The notes below the pieces were generated by a model. The model made no database searches, was not told the DNA's origin, and saw only the letters and a list, made by a program, of their open reading frames with translations. Positions 9,220 to 18,914 of a stretch of DNA of 64,000 bases are shown here, one piece after another. Numbering within the stretch: position 1 is the stretch's first letter; the number at the start of each line of letters is the position of its first letter. The DNA is taken from positions 64,447 through 128,446 of IMG/VR virus record IMGVR_UViG_3300025151_004231; one strand, 5' to 3'. The position numbers and the translations under genes are program-made. This DNA comes from a virus.

Positions 9220-9954
9220 CTACTTGGCTTGTGCCGGCAAGAGATATTCGTAAACTGTGTAACCACTGTCTACTGTAATTTGAGCCGCACCCTGATCAGA
9301 AATACGTACAGTCTTGTCACCTGGCAAATCCATAATAGACAAGAATACTTTAACAGGCCACATCCATGATCTCGTAAGTTCTCCTGTTACAGTAGGTTGA
9401 AATACAAAGTTACCTGAGTGAGTTGAAGGATCACCAAAGAAGATTTTAAGATCGCCATCTTCTGTTTTTGTAGTGAAGTTTAATTCTTCAGCATTTGCTT
9501 GTGCCTGCATTTTCAAACGCATGATGCCCGCGACTGTCGGTTCAAATTCTACGTCCCATTGAGCACCTTTAAAAGTAACGTTTCTTACTTTTTCTTCGAT
9601 AATTGCTTGTGACATTAAACGATAGTCGTTAACAAAGTCCCCTTGTTTCGTTGCAAAGTGAATTGCACTAGGTACTTCATTACCATCTTTGTTTGCTTTT
9701 GTTACGGAGATTTCAGCACTGTCATCATTATAAACATCAAAACTAAGAATAGTTTTTAGTTTAGTCAGATTCGGCATACCAAATGTTCCGATAAAATCTG
9801 CAACAGGTGCTTTTACTTTGCCTGTTACAATGACAGATTTATCTTCTGCAATTGCGTGAATTTCAGTTTCTGTATCAGTTCCCACGATCTTTACTAGATC
9901 AATGATGCCTAGACTATGCGTGTAACCGATGATGTCTAATAAGTTATCTTTCAT
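9220..9954 (-). CDS. DNA polymerase sliding clamp (gp45/PCNA-like)
   Basis: 244 aa, directly downstream of PolB; beta-rich C-terminus VRISDQGAAQITVDSG...YEYLLPA; FGMPNL. Confidence 0.65.
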   Translation of the reverse strand: MKDNLLDIIGYTHSLGIIDLVKIVGTDTETEIHAIAEDKSVIVTGKVKAPVADFIGTFGMPNLTKLKTILSFDVYNDDSAEISVTKANKDGNEVPSAIHFATKQGDFVNDYRLMSQAIIEEKVRNVTFKGAQWDVEFEPTVAGIMRLKMQAQANAEELNFTTKTEDGDLKIFFGDPSTHSGNFVFQPTVTGELTRSWMWPVKVFLSIMDLPGDKTVRISDQGAAQITVDSGYTVYEYLLPAQAK

Positions 9955-9971
9955 TTATACTCCTCGTAATG

Positions 9972-10022
9972 TATTTAGGTAGATATACTGTGTATTATAT
10001 CTGGATTTATTGTGTAAAGCAA
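9972..10022 (-). promoter_or_regulatory. Sigma70-type promoter plus late-type CTAAATA for the clamp gene
   Basis: TTGCTT(10022-10017)-17 bp-TATAAT(9999-9994); CCTAAATA at 9979-9972; RBS GAGGAG. Confidence 0.6.
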
Positions 10023-10040
10023 ATGTTTTGGACATGCGAT

Positions 10041-12755
10041 TTACCCGAAACTAAACAACTCATCAAATGTTGAATTAGTGTCTGTGTTTGCTCGTAAGTC
10101 CCATTTAAGAACTCCTAGCAAGTTACTGATCTTTTCATCTACTAAAGTAGACTCCATCAGATTATCATCGAATGGCAAATCTTTGAACCATTCAGGAAGT
10201 CTAAGTTGATCTGTAGGATATGCAATACTCGTATAACCTAACGCATTAGTTTTGAGTTTACATACTACTACTTTGAATCCATCCATGATCTCCATTGAAT
10301 AATTGTCATCATGTATTCTTTTAAGTGTGTTCCAATTCATTGCCGCTCTTACGTGACCCGGCATGTTTGCACGACCAGTCTTAGATTTCTTTTCTAGTTC
10401 AGTATAATATGTCAACTTGTTTACAGACTTGGGAGAACCTTTTGTCCAAGAATCCTGTTGACCTAATGATATCTTAAACTCTTTAATCTTTTCAATGATA
10501 TCATCACGTTGTTTACCTGATAGTGTCATTTCTAAAACTTCCATTAAAAAGTCTTGCACATATGCAGGAGTATCTGCTCTCTTTAAGTCTAAGCCCATTG
10601 CTTTAACTTTCATCGCACCATCTTTGTCAGTACGTTTGTTTTCTGCATCATAGATATTGATTGCATATCTTTTCTTAGTAATAAACAATCCTCTGTCACC
10701 ACAGACTTCTCTACCACCTTTGATAATCATACCTTTCTCACGTGGGCAATGAAATGCTGTCTCCATAAAGCCCGGGAATGATACGTTACATTGATCAGAC
10801 ATACTCTCGTACAAGTCAATAAACGTTTGCTTTTTGTCTTCTAACGACATGTCTGCTGGAAGATCATTTTTGAGCATGGGCCATGCACTAAAGTAACAAG
10901 AGTCTGTATCACCATAAATCATTGAGTCACCTGTGTGATCATACTTGCCAGTCATTATCTCATTGATAAATGCTGACATATGTTTAGTGATAGAACGACC
11001 TGTAAGTGTTGTACTCTGTCCTATACGTTTATCATAGAATCGACAATGCTCATTCAAAAGTGCACCATATGCAGAGTTGAGCAAAATTTTACGAACTAAC
11101 TGACGTTTGTCCCAATACTCAATATCTTCTTTTGTAGTTGCTTCTCTGAGTTTGCCTTGCATAATCTTACGATCAGAATACCATTTAGACAACAGTCCAG
11201 GAATTACACCTTCGACATCTGATCTAAAGATTGTACCATTTGCACTAAGGATGTAAGGATTATTAGAATCATAAATCATCTTCCATGCTTGTGCGGCACT
11301 CATCTGTTCTTCTCTGCCATCTTCGTAATCAATCGTCAGCATTGTTCCGCGTTCCTGATTCTGAATAGCAGTATATTCTAGTGAACTAAACAGTCCTTCC
11401 CATAAGACGGGTCCTTCTACTGGAGCATCGCCCTCTTTATAACGAGGTTTTTTCTTAGCCAGTTCCAGTCCTTTCTCTTGCATATATTGTTCAGTAAGAG
11501 TCTGTCTGACTTGTCCTACGATAGTCTCCGGAGCCATGTTCAATGCACGAATCGTAGAAGGATATAGTGAATTGATATCAACAGAGCCTATCCATTCATG
11601 CAATCCTTTCTTAGGATTCATTACATAAGCACCTGCCGCTTGACCTTCACTAATTGTATTGATGTTTTGTCTTATCTTGTTGGGGACTACCATACCACGT
11701 TCATGTGCTTCATTCATTACTGCCATTTCAATCATAGCAACTGAGCCCATAACAGTTGGAAGCAATACAGTATTCTCATGCGCCAGTTGATTAGCAAGTT
11801 CTAAGAACTGCAACTTATCATCTAGTTTCTTAAGCAGTAATGTATCCTGTCTGTTATATTCAATAAATGTTTTAAAGTCTTTGTTGTACAGTTGATCTAG
11901 TGACCCTTCATACTCAGTCTTCTTTTCACCAACTTCCATTTCACCAATTGCATCTAGTTTATAACTATGGCGAGATTCATAGTTGTACTTCTTATAGAGT
12001 TGTAGATAGTCTAAGTGAATACGACCAACTAAGTCAAACGTTTCTTCTTCTTTACCAAATCGTTCATACTTACGTTTCTTAGGATACTGCCCTAACAGAC
12101 AAAATCTACGTGTATCATCTTTAGACATCACACGTGTAACACGATTGACCATATACGGAATATCATATCCTTCTGAGTTCCAACCTGACAACACATCTGC
12201 ATCTTCGATTAAAGAAAAGAATGCATCGAACAATTCTTTCTCTGTTCTGAACAACATAGTATCAGGGAACTCTGCGATTGCTTCTTGTGCAGTCTCATAC
12301 GTCATATGCTTAGGGGGAACTGCAAGACATACTAACTGATCAAGCCAGTCTAAGTATAGACTAACAGCAGTCACAGGATTGAATGGATCACTTGGAGGAG
12401 AGAATCCTCTACTAGGATCAAAGTCTACCTCGATATCAAAGAAACACGTATGCAGTTTAGGGGCATCAACCTTCAGATAGTTTTCACTAAGGCATCTGAA
12501 GACGATCGGAATGTCTGCTTCAAACAGACGTTTCTTACCGTGTATGCGTTTCTCTTTCTCCCACTCTGCTTGTTTACGTGACGAAAACTTTTTGACAGGC
12601 GTGCCATAAAGTGATCGATGTTTGCCCTTAGGATCTTCATAATACAGAACATAATTCGTAGGATATTCTTTAAACTCTCTAAGACCCTCAGGAGTACGTT
12701 CTACGACATGTATTCGTTCCGCAGACTTATCATGTATGGCATCGACATAACTCAT
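10041..12755 (-). CDS. Family B DNA polymerase
   Basis: Exo FDIEVD, GWNSEGYDIPY, YNRQD; pol DINSLYPS, KILLNSAYG, YGDTDS, KKRYA. Confidence 0.98.
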   Translation of the reverse strand: MSYVDAIHDKSAERIHVVERTPEGLREFKEYPTNYVLYYEDPKGKHRSLYGTPVKKFSSRKQAEWEKEKRIHGKKRLFEADIPIVFRCLSENYLKVDAPKLHTCFFDIEVDFDPSRGFSPPSDPFNPVTAVSLYLDWLDQLVCLAVPPKHMTYETAQEAIAEFPDTMLFRTEKELFDAFFSLIEDADVLSGWNSEGYDIPYMVNRVTRVMSKDDTRRFCLLGQYPKKRKYERFGKEEETFDLVGRIHLDYLQLYKKYNYESRHSYKLDAIGEMEVGEKKTEYEGSLDQLYNKDFKTFIEYNRQDTLLLKKLDDKLQFLELANQLAHENTVLLPTVMGSVAMIEMAVMNEAHERGMVVPNKIRQNINTISEGQAAGAYVMNPKKGLHEWIGSVDINSLYPSTIRALNMAPETIVGQVRQTLTEQYMQEKGLELAKKKPRYKEGDAPVEGPVLWEGLFSSLEYTAIQNQERGTMLTIDYEDGREEQMSAAQAWKMIYDSNNPYILSANGTIFRSDVEGVIPGLLSKWYSDRKIMQGKLREATTKEDIEYWDKRQLVRKILLNSAYGALLNEHCRFYDKRIGQSTTLTGRSITKHMSAFINEIMTGKYDHTGDSMIYGDTDSCYFSAWPMLKNDLPADMSLEDKKQTFIDLYESMSDQCNVSFPGFMETAFHCPREKGMIIKGGREVCGDRGLFITKKRYAINIYDAENKRTDKDGAMKVKAMGLDLKRADTPAYVQDFLMEVLEMTLSGKQRDDIIEKIKEFKISLGQQDSWTKGSPKSVNKLTYYTELEKKSKTGRANMPGHVRAAMNWNTLKRIHDDNYSMEIMDGFKVVVCKLKTNALGYTSIAYPTDQLRLPEWFKDLPFDDNLMESTLVDEKISNLLGVLKWDLRANTDTNSTFDELFSFG

Positions 12756-13378
12756 AGTGCTATTATACTATAAAGTTGTTCTGATTGCAACAGATGAGTC
12801 TTAATTCCTGGGTGTTCTTTGTCCAAAGCATAATCCTTAAATGTTAATTTGATATGATCTATAAAGTTTTGCATTTCGATCAAGTTAGGTTTTGTTTCTT
12901 GTGCGATTTCTGGCACATTGAGAAACGAATAATTTTTTATATTTTTAGAGTTTAATATCATTTCTGCATGTTGTATGGCTAACCAATTATTCCAGAACTT
13001 TTGTTCTTCACTTGTTTCACCTAACATAACTTTATTAATTTCTATTCTATGATGTAGTTCTTTAGACTTTGATGTTATCTGAAAGCCTGCATCAATCTTA
13101 TCAGTCATTAGGTAATTTTCATATCTATCAAAATATGAATATCCTATTACAACTAAATCATCTTGTTTAAACTCGGTTCGTAAAATATCTAGTAAAATTT
13201 GATAATTGCCTGAACCACATGCAGATAAATTTAAACACTCGTAATCTAATTTTTCTGCTAGTAGATTTGGCCAAGCAAACTTACTAGGTGAATCACCAGG
13301 ACGTCCATCTCCTATATAACAGTCAGGTAAACTGTGACCATATGTAAATGAACATCCAAACGTGACTAGTCTTGGCAT
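12752..13378 (-). CDS. SGNH/GDSL-like hydrolase-fold protein
   Basis: VTFGCSFTYG, WPNLLA, NLSACGSGN, DKEHPG. Confidence 0.65.
   Translation of the reverse strand: MPRLVTFGCSFTYGHSLPDCYIGDGRPGDSPSKFAWPNLLAEKLDYECLNLSACGSGNYQILLDILRTEFKQDDLVVIGYSYFDRYENYLMTDKIDAGFQITSKSKELHHRIEINKVMLGETSEEQKFWNNWLAIQHAEMILNSKNIKNYSFLNVPEIAQETKPNLIEMQNFIDHIKLTFKDYALDKEHPGIKTHLLQSEQLYSIIAL
12762..12790 (-). promoter_or_regulatory. Sigma70-type promoter for PolB, inside the upstream gene
   Basis: TTGCAA-17 bp-TATAAT, 6 nt before ATG 12755; no SD. Confidence 0.6.
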
Positions 13379-13638
13379 TAAAGAGTTCTGCCAACAGTCT
13401 CCAAGATATCATTCAGTTGTTCGTGGTCAGCATTTGTGTCTGTTAGATTGCTTTTGTATGCAATTCTAATTGCTTTCTTAAGAATAGAAGGCTTGATTTC
13501 AAGTTCTTCTGCAATTGCTTTTACAGTATCAGTTAGACCGCCGTTAAGTGTTTCGATCTCTTGCATTACTGCCATGCCTTCGTTTACAAGTTGCTTCATT
13601 TTAGTAACTTGCTCTGGGTTAAAGTATTTACCTGCCAT
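13378..13638 (-). CDS. Small coiled-coil dsDNA-binding protein (T4 DsbA-like)
   Basis: 86 aa; ..TVKAIAEELEIKPSILKKAIRIAYK pattern; strong promoter and RBS. Confidence 0.5.
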   Translation of the reverse strand: MAGKYFNPEQVTKMKQLVNEGMAVMQEIETLNGGLTDTVKAIAEELEIKPSILKKAIRIAYKSNLTDTNADHEQLNDILETVGRTL

Positions 13639-13673
13639 TATTATCTCCTATGATTATGTAAATCTATGCATAT

Positions 13674-13702
13674 ATTATACAGAATAACCTGTATATTGTC
13701 AA
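13674..13702 (-). promoter_or_regulatory. Consensus sigma70 promoter
   Basis: TTGACA-17 bp-TATAAT. Confidence 0.85.
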
Positions 13703-13710
13703 GGGTATAT

Positions 13711-14511
13711 TTACCCGTTTCTGTCATCATCGTTTTGTTGGATGACATTTTCTAATAGAGTGAGTGGTGCTCCCTCTAGTTTAGAATAATATAACAATGC
13801 TTTTGTATCTTTTGGAAAACAGTGTCCTCCAAAACCAAACATACCATCTGGTCCTGGGACTTGCATATGACTGTCTCCTATTCTTGGATCACGTTTTACC
13901 ATATCAGTAAACTGTTCCCATGTAGTTTCTGCATTGCTTGATTGGTGCAAATGAAATAATTCATTAAAGAATGATACTTTCGTTGCTAACCAACTGTTAA
14001 TTGTGTATTTGATTAGACTTGCTGTTGTGAAGTCTGTTTTGAATGTGGGTACGATTTTGACTTGACTATGATGAATGTATGCTTGTTCTACTTCGATGCA
14101 GTCTTGTAACTCTCCACCTAGTATTTGCATATTTGGATTGATAAAGTCTTCTAAACTGTTTGCTTCAGTTAAGAACTCAGGGTTGTATACGAGTCGCAAT
14201 CCACTAAAAAGTTTCTTAAACTGCGTTAGATGATTGGGAGTGATAGTAGATTTAACTACTACAACGTTTGCATAGTCTGTAAATCCAATGTTGAGTAATA
14301 CTTCACGTACTATGTGAGTATCTACGTCTAAATGTGATTCTTGTTGTGGTGTGGGTACACAGACAAATATCATGTCTGGATTCCATTCTACTAAATCTTT
14401 GATTGTGTGCGAATTGATTGCTGGGTCAACGATAAATTGTTCTGTATCATTAGTAAAGCCATTGCTGACTGCGGAGCCAACAAACCCTTTACCGATTATG
14501 CCTAACTTCAT
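13711..14511 (-). CDS. UDP-glucose/GDP-mannose dehydrogenase family (lacks the C-terminal domain)
   Basis: GIIGKGFVG, FVCVPTP, KSTITP, YNPEFL, KY..NSWLATKVSFFNE, GFGGHCFPKD. Confidence 0.9.
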   Translation of the reverse strand: MKLGIIGKGFVGSAVSNGFTNDTEQFIVDPAINSHTIKDLVEWNPDMIFVCVPTPQQESHLDVDTHIVREVLLNIGFTDYANVVVVKSTITPNHLTQFKKLFSGLRLVYNPEFLTEANSLEDFINPNMQILGGELQDCIEVEQAYIHHSQVKIVPTFKTDFTTASLIKYTINSWLATKVSFFNELFHLHQSSNAETTWEQFTDMVKRDPRIGDSHMQVPGPDGMFGFGGHCFPKDTKALLYYSKLEGAPLTLLENVIQQNDDDRNG

Positions 14512-14729
14512 ACTTCGCCTTTAATTTTTGCTACAAGATATTCTTGTTCGTAGTTTGGGTCACCATGATAGACTGGAGCCTTAGCAATTGCTTGATCTAC
14601 TCTCATTTTGATCTGCCAGAGTTTCTTTTTCATGTCTGAACCCGTGTAACCACAGTTCCTTTCATTCAACATTTCATACTCTAGTTCCCAAATGATATGT
14701 AGTGCTTTTTCAACTTCAGGTAATATCAT
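14508..14729 (-). CDS. Hypothetical protein; paralogue of 604..840
   Basis: Start moved to MILPEV (14729), 7 nt after the TACAAT -10 box. Confidence 0.65.
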   Translation of the reverse strand: MILPEVEKALHIIWELEYEMLNERNCGYTGSDMKKKLWQIKMRVDQAIAKAPVYHGDPNYEQEYLVAKIKGEV

Positions 14730-14736
14730 GTGTTCT

Positions 14737-14765
14737 ATTGTAATATTTAATACGATTAGAGTCAA
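14737..14765 (-). promoter_or_regulatory. Sigma70-type promoter
   Basis: TTGACT-17 bp-TACAAT. Confidence 0.7.
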
Positions 14766-14792
14766 GCAAAACATTTCCCAAAAGCAATTATT

Positions 14793-14800
14793 GATAAATA
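14793..14800 (+). promoter_or_regulatory. Late-type promoter GATAAATA
   Basis: 5 nt before ATG 14806; similar to the T4 late promoter TATAAATA. Confidence 0.65.
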
Positions 14801-14805
14801 ATAGT

Positions 14806-15345
14806 ATGAGAGCCTATCAATTTATCAACGAAACACCGCTTAAAGACTTGGAAAATAGACTTCCCAAGATTAAGAGTGATCAATATAACGTAGACGAAAA
14901 AGGTAAAATTTACCGCGACGCCAAGCAGGCTGCCAAACAAGCACACAAGGCAAGAGAAGAATTAACTGCATCTGATCAAATGTTTGATGATGGCTTAAAC
15001 ATTGAAGATGAAGTAACAAAAGCCGCACATTGGATGGGTGACGTTTTAAAAGTTGAAAACATGCCTAAAGTTAAGTTAAGTTATGATACGCAAGAGGCAC
15101 AAGATGGGCATCACACAGGTAGACACGAACTCGGTTCTGATGAGATTTGGGTCTATGGCAACAGAAACTTAGTTGATATTCTTAGAACAGTATTCCATGA
15201 ACTAGTTCATATTCGACAAGGAGAAAAAGGTCTAATCACACCTAATTCAAGTTACCCAGGATCTCCTATAGAATCAGAAGCAGATGAAATTGCTGGTAAG
15301 TATATCAAAATATACGGTGAGCAAAATCATCACATTTTTCAATAA
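14806..15345 (+). CDS. HExxH zincin metallopeptidase-like protein with capsid-targeting-like N-terminus
   Basis: LRTVFHELVHIRQ ... ESEADEIAG; start moved to MRAYQFINE. Confidence 0.7.
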   Translation: MRAYQFINETPLKDLENRLPKIKSDQYNVDEKGKIYRDAKQAAKQAHKAREELTASDQMFDDGLNIEDEVTKAAHWMGDVLKVENMPKVKLSYDTQEAQDGHHTGRHELGSDEIWVYGNRNLVDILRTVFHELVHIRQGEKGLITPNSSYPGSPIESEADEIAGKYIKIYGEQNHHIFQ

Positions 15346-15550
15346 ACTCCGAAACAAATTTACAGAACATCCGCACTCTTTGGGTGAAACATACACGGAA
15401 CACTTAAGTTGTGCATTGTACTATGGTGTAAGTATGTTATTAACAGGCTTTGCTGTTATCATACATGCGTTCTTTCCGTTCTTGTTTGTAACAACTGGTA
15501 GTGATCTTGCAAAAGAAATCTGCAAGGATGTCAGCAAAAGAGAGTTATAA
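15284..15550 (+). CDS. DUF6356-like small membrane protein
   Basis: HPHSLGETYTEH ... IHAFFPFLF.TTGS; start uncertain. Confidence 0.6.
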   Translation: MKLLVSISKYTVSKIITFFNKLRNKFTEHPHSLGETYTEHLSCALYYGVSMLLTGFAVIIHAFFPFLFVTTGSDLAKEICKDVSKREL

Positions 15551-16216
15551 CTCTCCCTTTCGTAATAATCGTATAAAATCTTTAGACTTTTGAGTACGTA
15601 CTCCAGTAACTTGTAAAGTAATACGAGGGTGATGACCTGCGTTTGCAGTAGAGTGGGGCACGTCTTGCCATCTAAACGTAGTTACATCTCCTGCTTTCCA
15701 ATGTTCAAAAGTATAGTTACCATAACTAAACCATTGACCGGGTCTCCAATCAGATAATTGAATCATGTATCTTTCTACAGTACTTGGATCTTCAAAGTTC
15801 CATTTCTCTAATTTATCCATGTGTAAGTTCCATACTTGACCTGGATTCTGTACATGAATTCTAGTCATCATATCATCTAAACCAAACTGATCTGCAATTG
15901 CTTGTATGCTTGGTGGCACTTCCCAGTTAAGATTACTGACAACATAGTCGATACCATAACCTGTCTTTTCTAAGTCATAATCTTCAGTCTTAAATTCATC
16001 TTCTCCTCTGACTTTAGATTCTTTTTTAGGGTTGCCTCTCGTACGCCATGTTGCTTCTTTAGACTCTGCTACAACTTTGTCTAATTCTTCTTGTGTGATG
16101 CTACTCAAATCAATTACGCCTACTCTATCGACTGTATCATAGAGAGGATGCATCAAATCAGGGTCAAAGTGATAATTGCTTCTTTGTTTTAATTGTTCCC
16201 AACTGCTTTGTGTCAT
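15545..16216 (-). CDS. 2OG-Fe(II) oxygenase (Asp/Asn beta-hydroxylase-like)
   Basis: LHMD (HxD), WKAGD, PHSTANAG..PRITLQVTG. Confidence 0.75.
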   Translation of the reverse strand: MTQSSWEQLKQRSNYHFDPDLMHPLYDTVDRVGVIDLSSITQEELDKVVAESKEATWRTRGNPKKESKVRGEDEFKTEDYDLEKTGYGIDYVVSNLNWEVPPSIQAIADQFGLDDMMTRIHVQNPGQVWNLHMDKLEKWNFEDPSTVERYMIQLSDWRPGQWFSYGNYTFEHWKAGDVTTFRWQDVPHSTANAGHHPRITLQVTGVRTQKSKDFIRLLRKGEL

Positions 16217-16833
16217 ATGACTTTTATTCCAATATCTTTTAGATTGTAGTCTTGTTGATATTCTTCTGGTGGCCTATTGATTTTTAATATATCTGCTAAA
16301 TCTATATTATTTTTAGGACTAATGCCACCATATCTTTTCCATGCATTGACGATATCTCTATTTTGATCGTCTACAATCTTACTCATTTCTCTTAAGTTCA
16401 CATAATATTTATGATAGAGAGGGTATGTAATATCAAAGTGTCCACATCTTACCCACCAACCCAAACATGCATCATTATCTCTATGAACTAAAACGATAGG
16501 GCAGTCTGGCCAGTTGTCTTTTAGAAAATCTATGTGATGTGCGAACACATGACTCTTAATAATACGCACACCTTCGCCTGAAAAAGGTCTATCAAACTCT
16601 GCTTCACATTCTTCTTTTGTATACTTGTTAATATCACCGAAGAAATCTCCGAACTCCATACCTGGATCAAAGTATGCGCCAATATGCATTAAGTCTAGTT
16701 GCCCACTAGCATCATGCCAGTATTCTCTTTCTTCACTAGCATCAGTTTGATCTATAGAATCACTGTAGTAAATGTTTTTACAAACACTACTCCATTTAGA
16801 TCCAGGTGCTCCTGCTACAAAAATATATTTCAT
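16213..16833 (-). CDS. P-loop sulfotransferase-like protein
   Basis: IFVAGAPGSKWSSV, IIKSH, IVLVHRD. Confidence 0.55.
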   Translation of the reverse strand: MKYIFVAGAPGSKWSSVCKNIYYSDSIDQTDASEEREYWHDASGQLDLMHIGAYFDPGMEFGDFFGDINKYTKEECEAEFDRPFSGEGVRIIKSHVFAHHIDFLKDNWPDCPIVLVHRDNDACLGWWVRCGHFDITYPLYHKYYVNLREMSKIVDDQNRDIVNAWKRYGGISPKNNIDLADILKINRPPEEYQQDYNLKDIGIKVI

Positions 16834-17495
16834 ACGTTTCTTTCTTCCTTAGTTCTAATACCGTCCCACACTTCTTTGTCAAGCCAATGTTCGTCTACAT
16901 ATTTGACATATTTGTGATTAGCATCTTCCCAAATAAATTTCATTATATCTGGATTGTCATATGCAACTGGAAAGTCTAAAACTTTACTTACATATCTTAG
17001 ATAATAAGCCTTATGTAAAAAGAATGCTTCATGGTCTAAGAAATGCACATTATAGTCTAACAGATTTGTATAGTAATAGTCAAGTGCTATTGGAAGTGTT
17101 ACTTCTTTTCTAACTCTTTTCTGTTGTTCTACGTTTATATTCTTATCTCTTACGATTATACCTATCGTAACATCAATACCTAGTTTAATACATTCGTCTG
17201 CAAACTCTTTTATCTTGGGTACATAACGTGTGCCGTCATACATAAATGGACAACTGACATTTGCTACCCAATAATCATGCTCACTAAAGTCAAAGTCTTT
17301 TAAACGTTCTGGATAAACCCAATACTCAGCAAATGTTTCTTCGTCACTAGGTATCCAGTACTTGTCATTTAATTCTTTCCAACCACCTACTTTATCATGT
17401 AGACTAAACAGTCTACTGAATAAATGATTACCAGACCCTTGCGGACCTGTAATGATTAAGATTTTCTTATTTGTGGTATCTTTGCTGTCCGACAT
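16830..17495 (-). CDS. P-loop sulfotransferase-like protein
   Basis: LIITGPQGSGNHLFSRLFSLH, IIVRD. Confidence 0.6.
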   Translation of the reverse strand: MSDSKDTTNKKILIITGPQGSGNHLFSRLFSLHDKVGGWKELNDKYWIPSDEETFAEYWVYPERLKDFDFSEHDYWVANVSCPFMYDGTRYVPKIKEFADECIKLGIDVTIGIIVRDKNINVEQQKRVRKEVTLPIALDYYYTNLLDYNVHFLDHEAFFLHKAYYLRYVSKVLDFPVAYDNPDIMKFIWEDANHKYVKYVDEHWLDKEVWDGIRTKEERNV

Positions 17496-18138
17496 ATGTT
17501 CTAATCTTTAATGGGTTAACTTCATCTGTAGGGCCTGTACCACTGTCTGGTGCCCATACAAACACGATGACATCTTCATCTTTGTCACAGATAAAGTTAT
17601 GCAAACAATTTCTACGCATAAAAAATACTTCACCTTCATTGACATCATAGAATTCTTTATTGTCTAATTCTATCTTACCGTTGCCCTTGACTACTAATCC
17701 AACTCTGTGAGAAGGATGAGTGTGTAATGTCTGATACATGCCTGCAGGAAAATGCACATAGTTAATAACAGGATCACCTAATCTACCTGGATTGATTGCT
17801 GTAGTGTTTGTACCGCCGTCCATATAACTTAAGTTGCCTATGTCTAAGCATTCTTGTATAAAGATACGACTTTCTAATAAACTAAGTCCTGGAAACTCAA
17901 CGATACAAGCAGAACTATCTTCATTACAAGATATTGTAAAGTTGTCTCCTGTATTGACACATGCATTTTTCTTTGTTAATGTAATGTTATTGCTTTCAAA
18001 ATTAGCATTTCTTAACATAACATATGCCATGCCAATCGGATTATACGTTTTAACTTCATTGGCTTCTAATTTAATGATCGACATGTTGTAACGATCTTTT
18101 ATATCTAATGTTCCAAAAACATTTACCATTCCTTTCAT
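17467..18138 (-). CDS. Cupin-domain protein
   Basis: HTHPSHRVGLVVKGNG ... EGEVFFM...LHNF. Confidence 0.75.
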   Translation of the reverse strand: MKGMVNVFGTLDIKDRYNMSIIKLEANEVKTYNPIGMAYVMLRNANFESNNITLTKKNACVNTGDNFTISCNEDSSACIVEFPGLSLLESRIFIQECLDIGNLSYMDGGTNTTAINPGRLGDPVINYVHFPAGMYQTLHTHPSHRVGLVVKGNGKIELDNKEFYDVNEGEVFFMRRNCLHNFICDKDEDVIVFVWAPDSGTGPTDEVNPLKIRTYVGQQRYHK

Positions 18139-18914
18139 TCTAGTACTCCGTCTCGTCTCATTTGTTCACGTATTTTAGTTGCACTTATGTTATGTATTTC
18201 ACGTTCAAACGTTTCTTGTTCAATCTTGTAACCTACATCTCTACCATAAGTAATGTTTAATAAGTTCGGTACAACTGATATTTTTACTTTACCTGCATAT
18301 TTGTATAAGACTTGTTGTAAATTCTCTGCAACTTCATATGCTGGGAAAGGATTGTTAATATCTATGGGCATATCTCTTACCATTAAAAAAACTTGCCCGT
18401 GTTTTGCTATTGCTCTGTCAAATAATGCTTGATGCCCACCGTGCCATGGTTGCCATCTACCTAGCATTTGTGTTGTTGGCGCAGTATTATCCCATATGAA
18501 TCTTTGCCCTATTTCATATGCAATAATTTTTGCATCTACATCACCACGTTTTTCGTGTATATTGTAGTCTGATACACAAGGTCTTTGAAACATATTATTA
18601 GTGTCTTCGTATTCACTTTCTTTTATAGTGTCTACAAATATTTCGTAGTCTGCAAAAAATTCATTTCTTGCATCTGTAAGCGGTGCAACAAAATCTGCTA
18701 TTGCTATTTTACCATCGTCTTCTGCTTTTGTACACAGGTCAATCATACGTTGATTCTGTCTTAATCTACCTTCTTCAGAAAAGTCCCAATCGTCTGCTTC
18801 TTCTCTGACTTTATCTGCGTTGAACCAAGCAACTTTGTCGCCTAAGTATGCAACTAGTCGTTCTGCTAAATATGTTTTACCACTTCCGGGCAATCCAAAT
18901 ATTAATACTCTCAT
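18135..18914 (-). CDS. cysC: Adenylylsulfate (APS) kinase fused to an HxGH nucleotidyltransferase domain
   Basis: GLPGSGKT, NADKVRE..DDWDFSEEGR, DFVAP, DTNNMFQ.P; C-terminal LGRWQPWHGGH and ISATKIRE. Confidence 0.8.
   Translation of the reverse strand: MRVLIFGLPGSGKTYLAERLVAYLGDKVAWFNADKVREEADDWDFSEEGRLRQNQRMIDLCTKAEDDGKIAIADFVAPLTDARNEFFADYEIFVDTIKESEYEDTNNMFQRPCVSDYNIHEKRGDVDAKIIAYEIGQRFIWDNTAPTTQMLGRWQPWHGGHQALFDRAIAKHGQVFLMVRDMPIDINNPFPAYEVAENLQQVLYKYAGKVKISVVPNLLNITYGRDVGYKIEQETFEREIHNISATKIREQMRRDGVLE

Noticed and set aside
10041-12755. Intein or intron in PolB
   Set aside because: Length and motif spacing are normal; no splicing or homing-endonuclease motifs seen.
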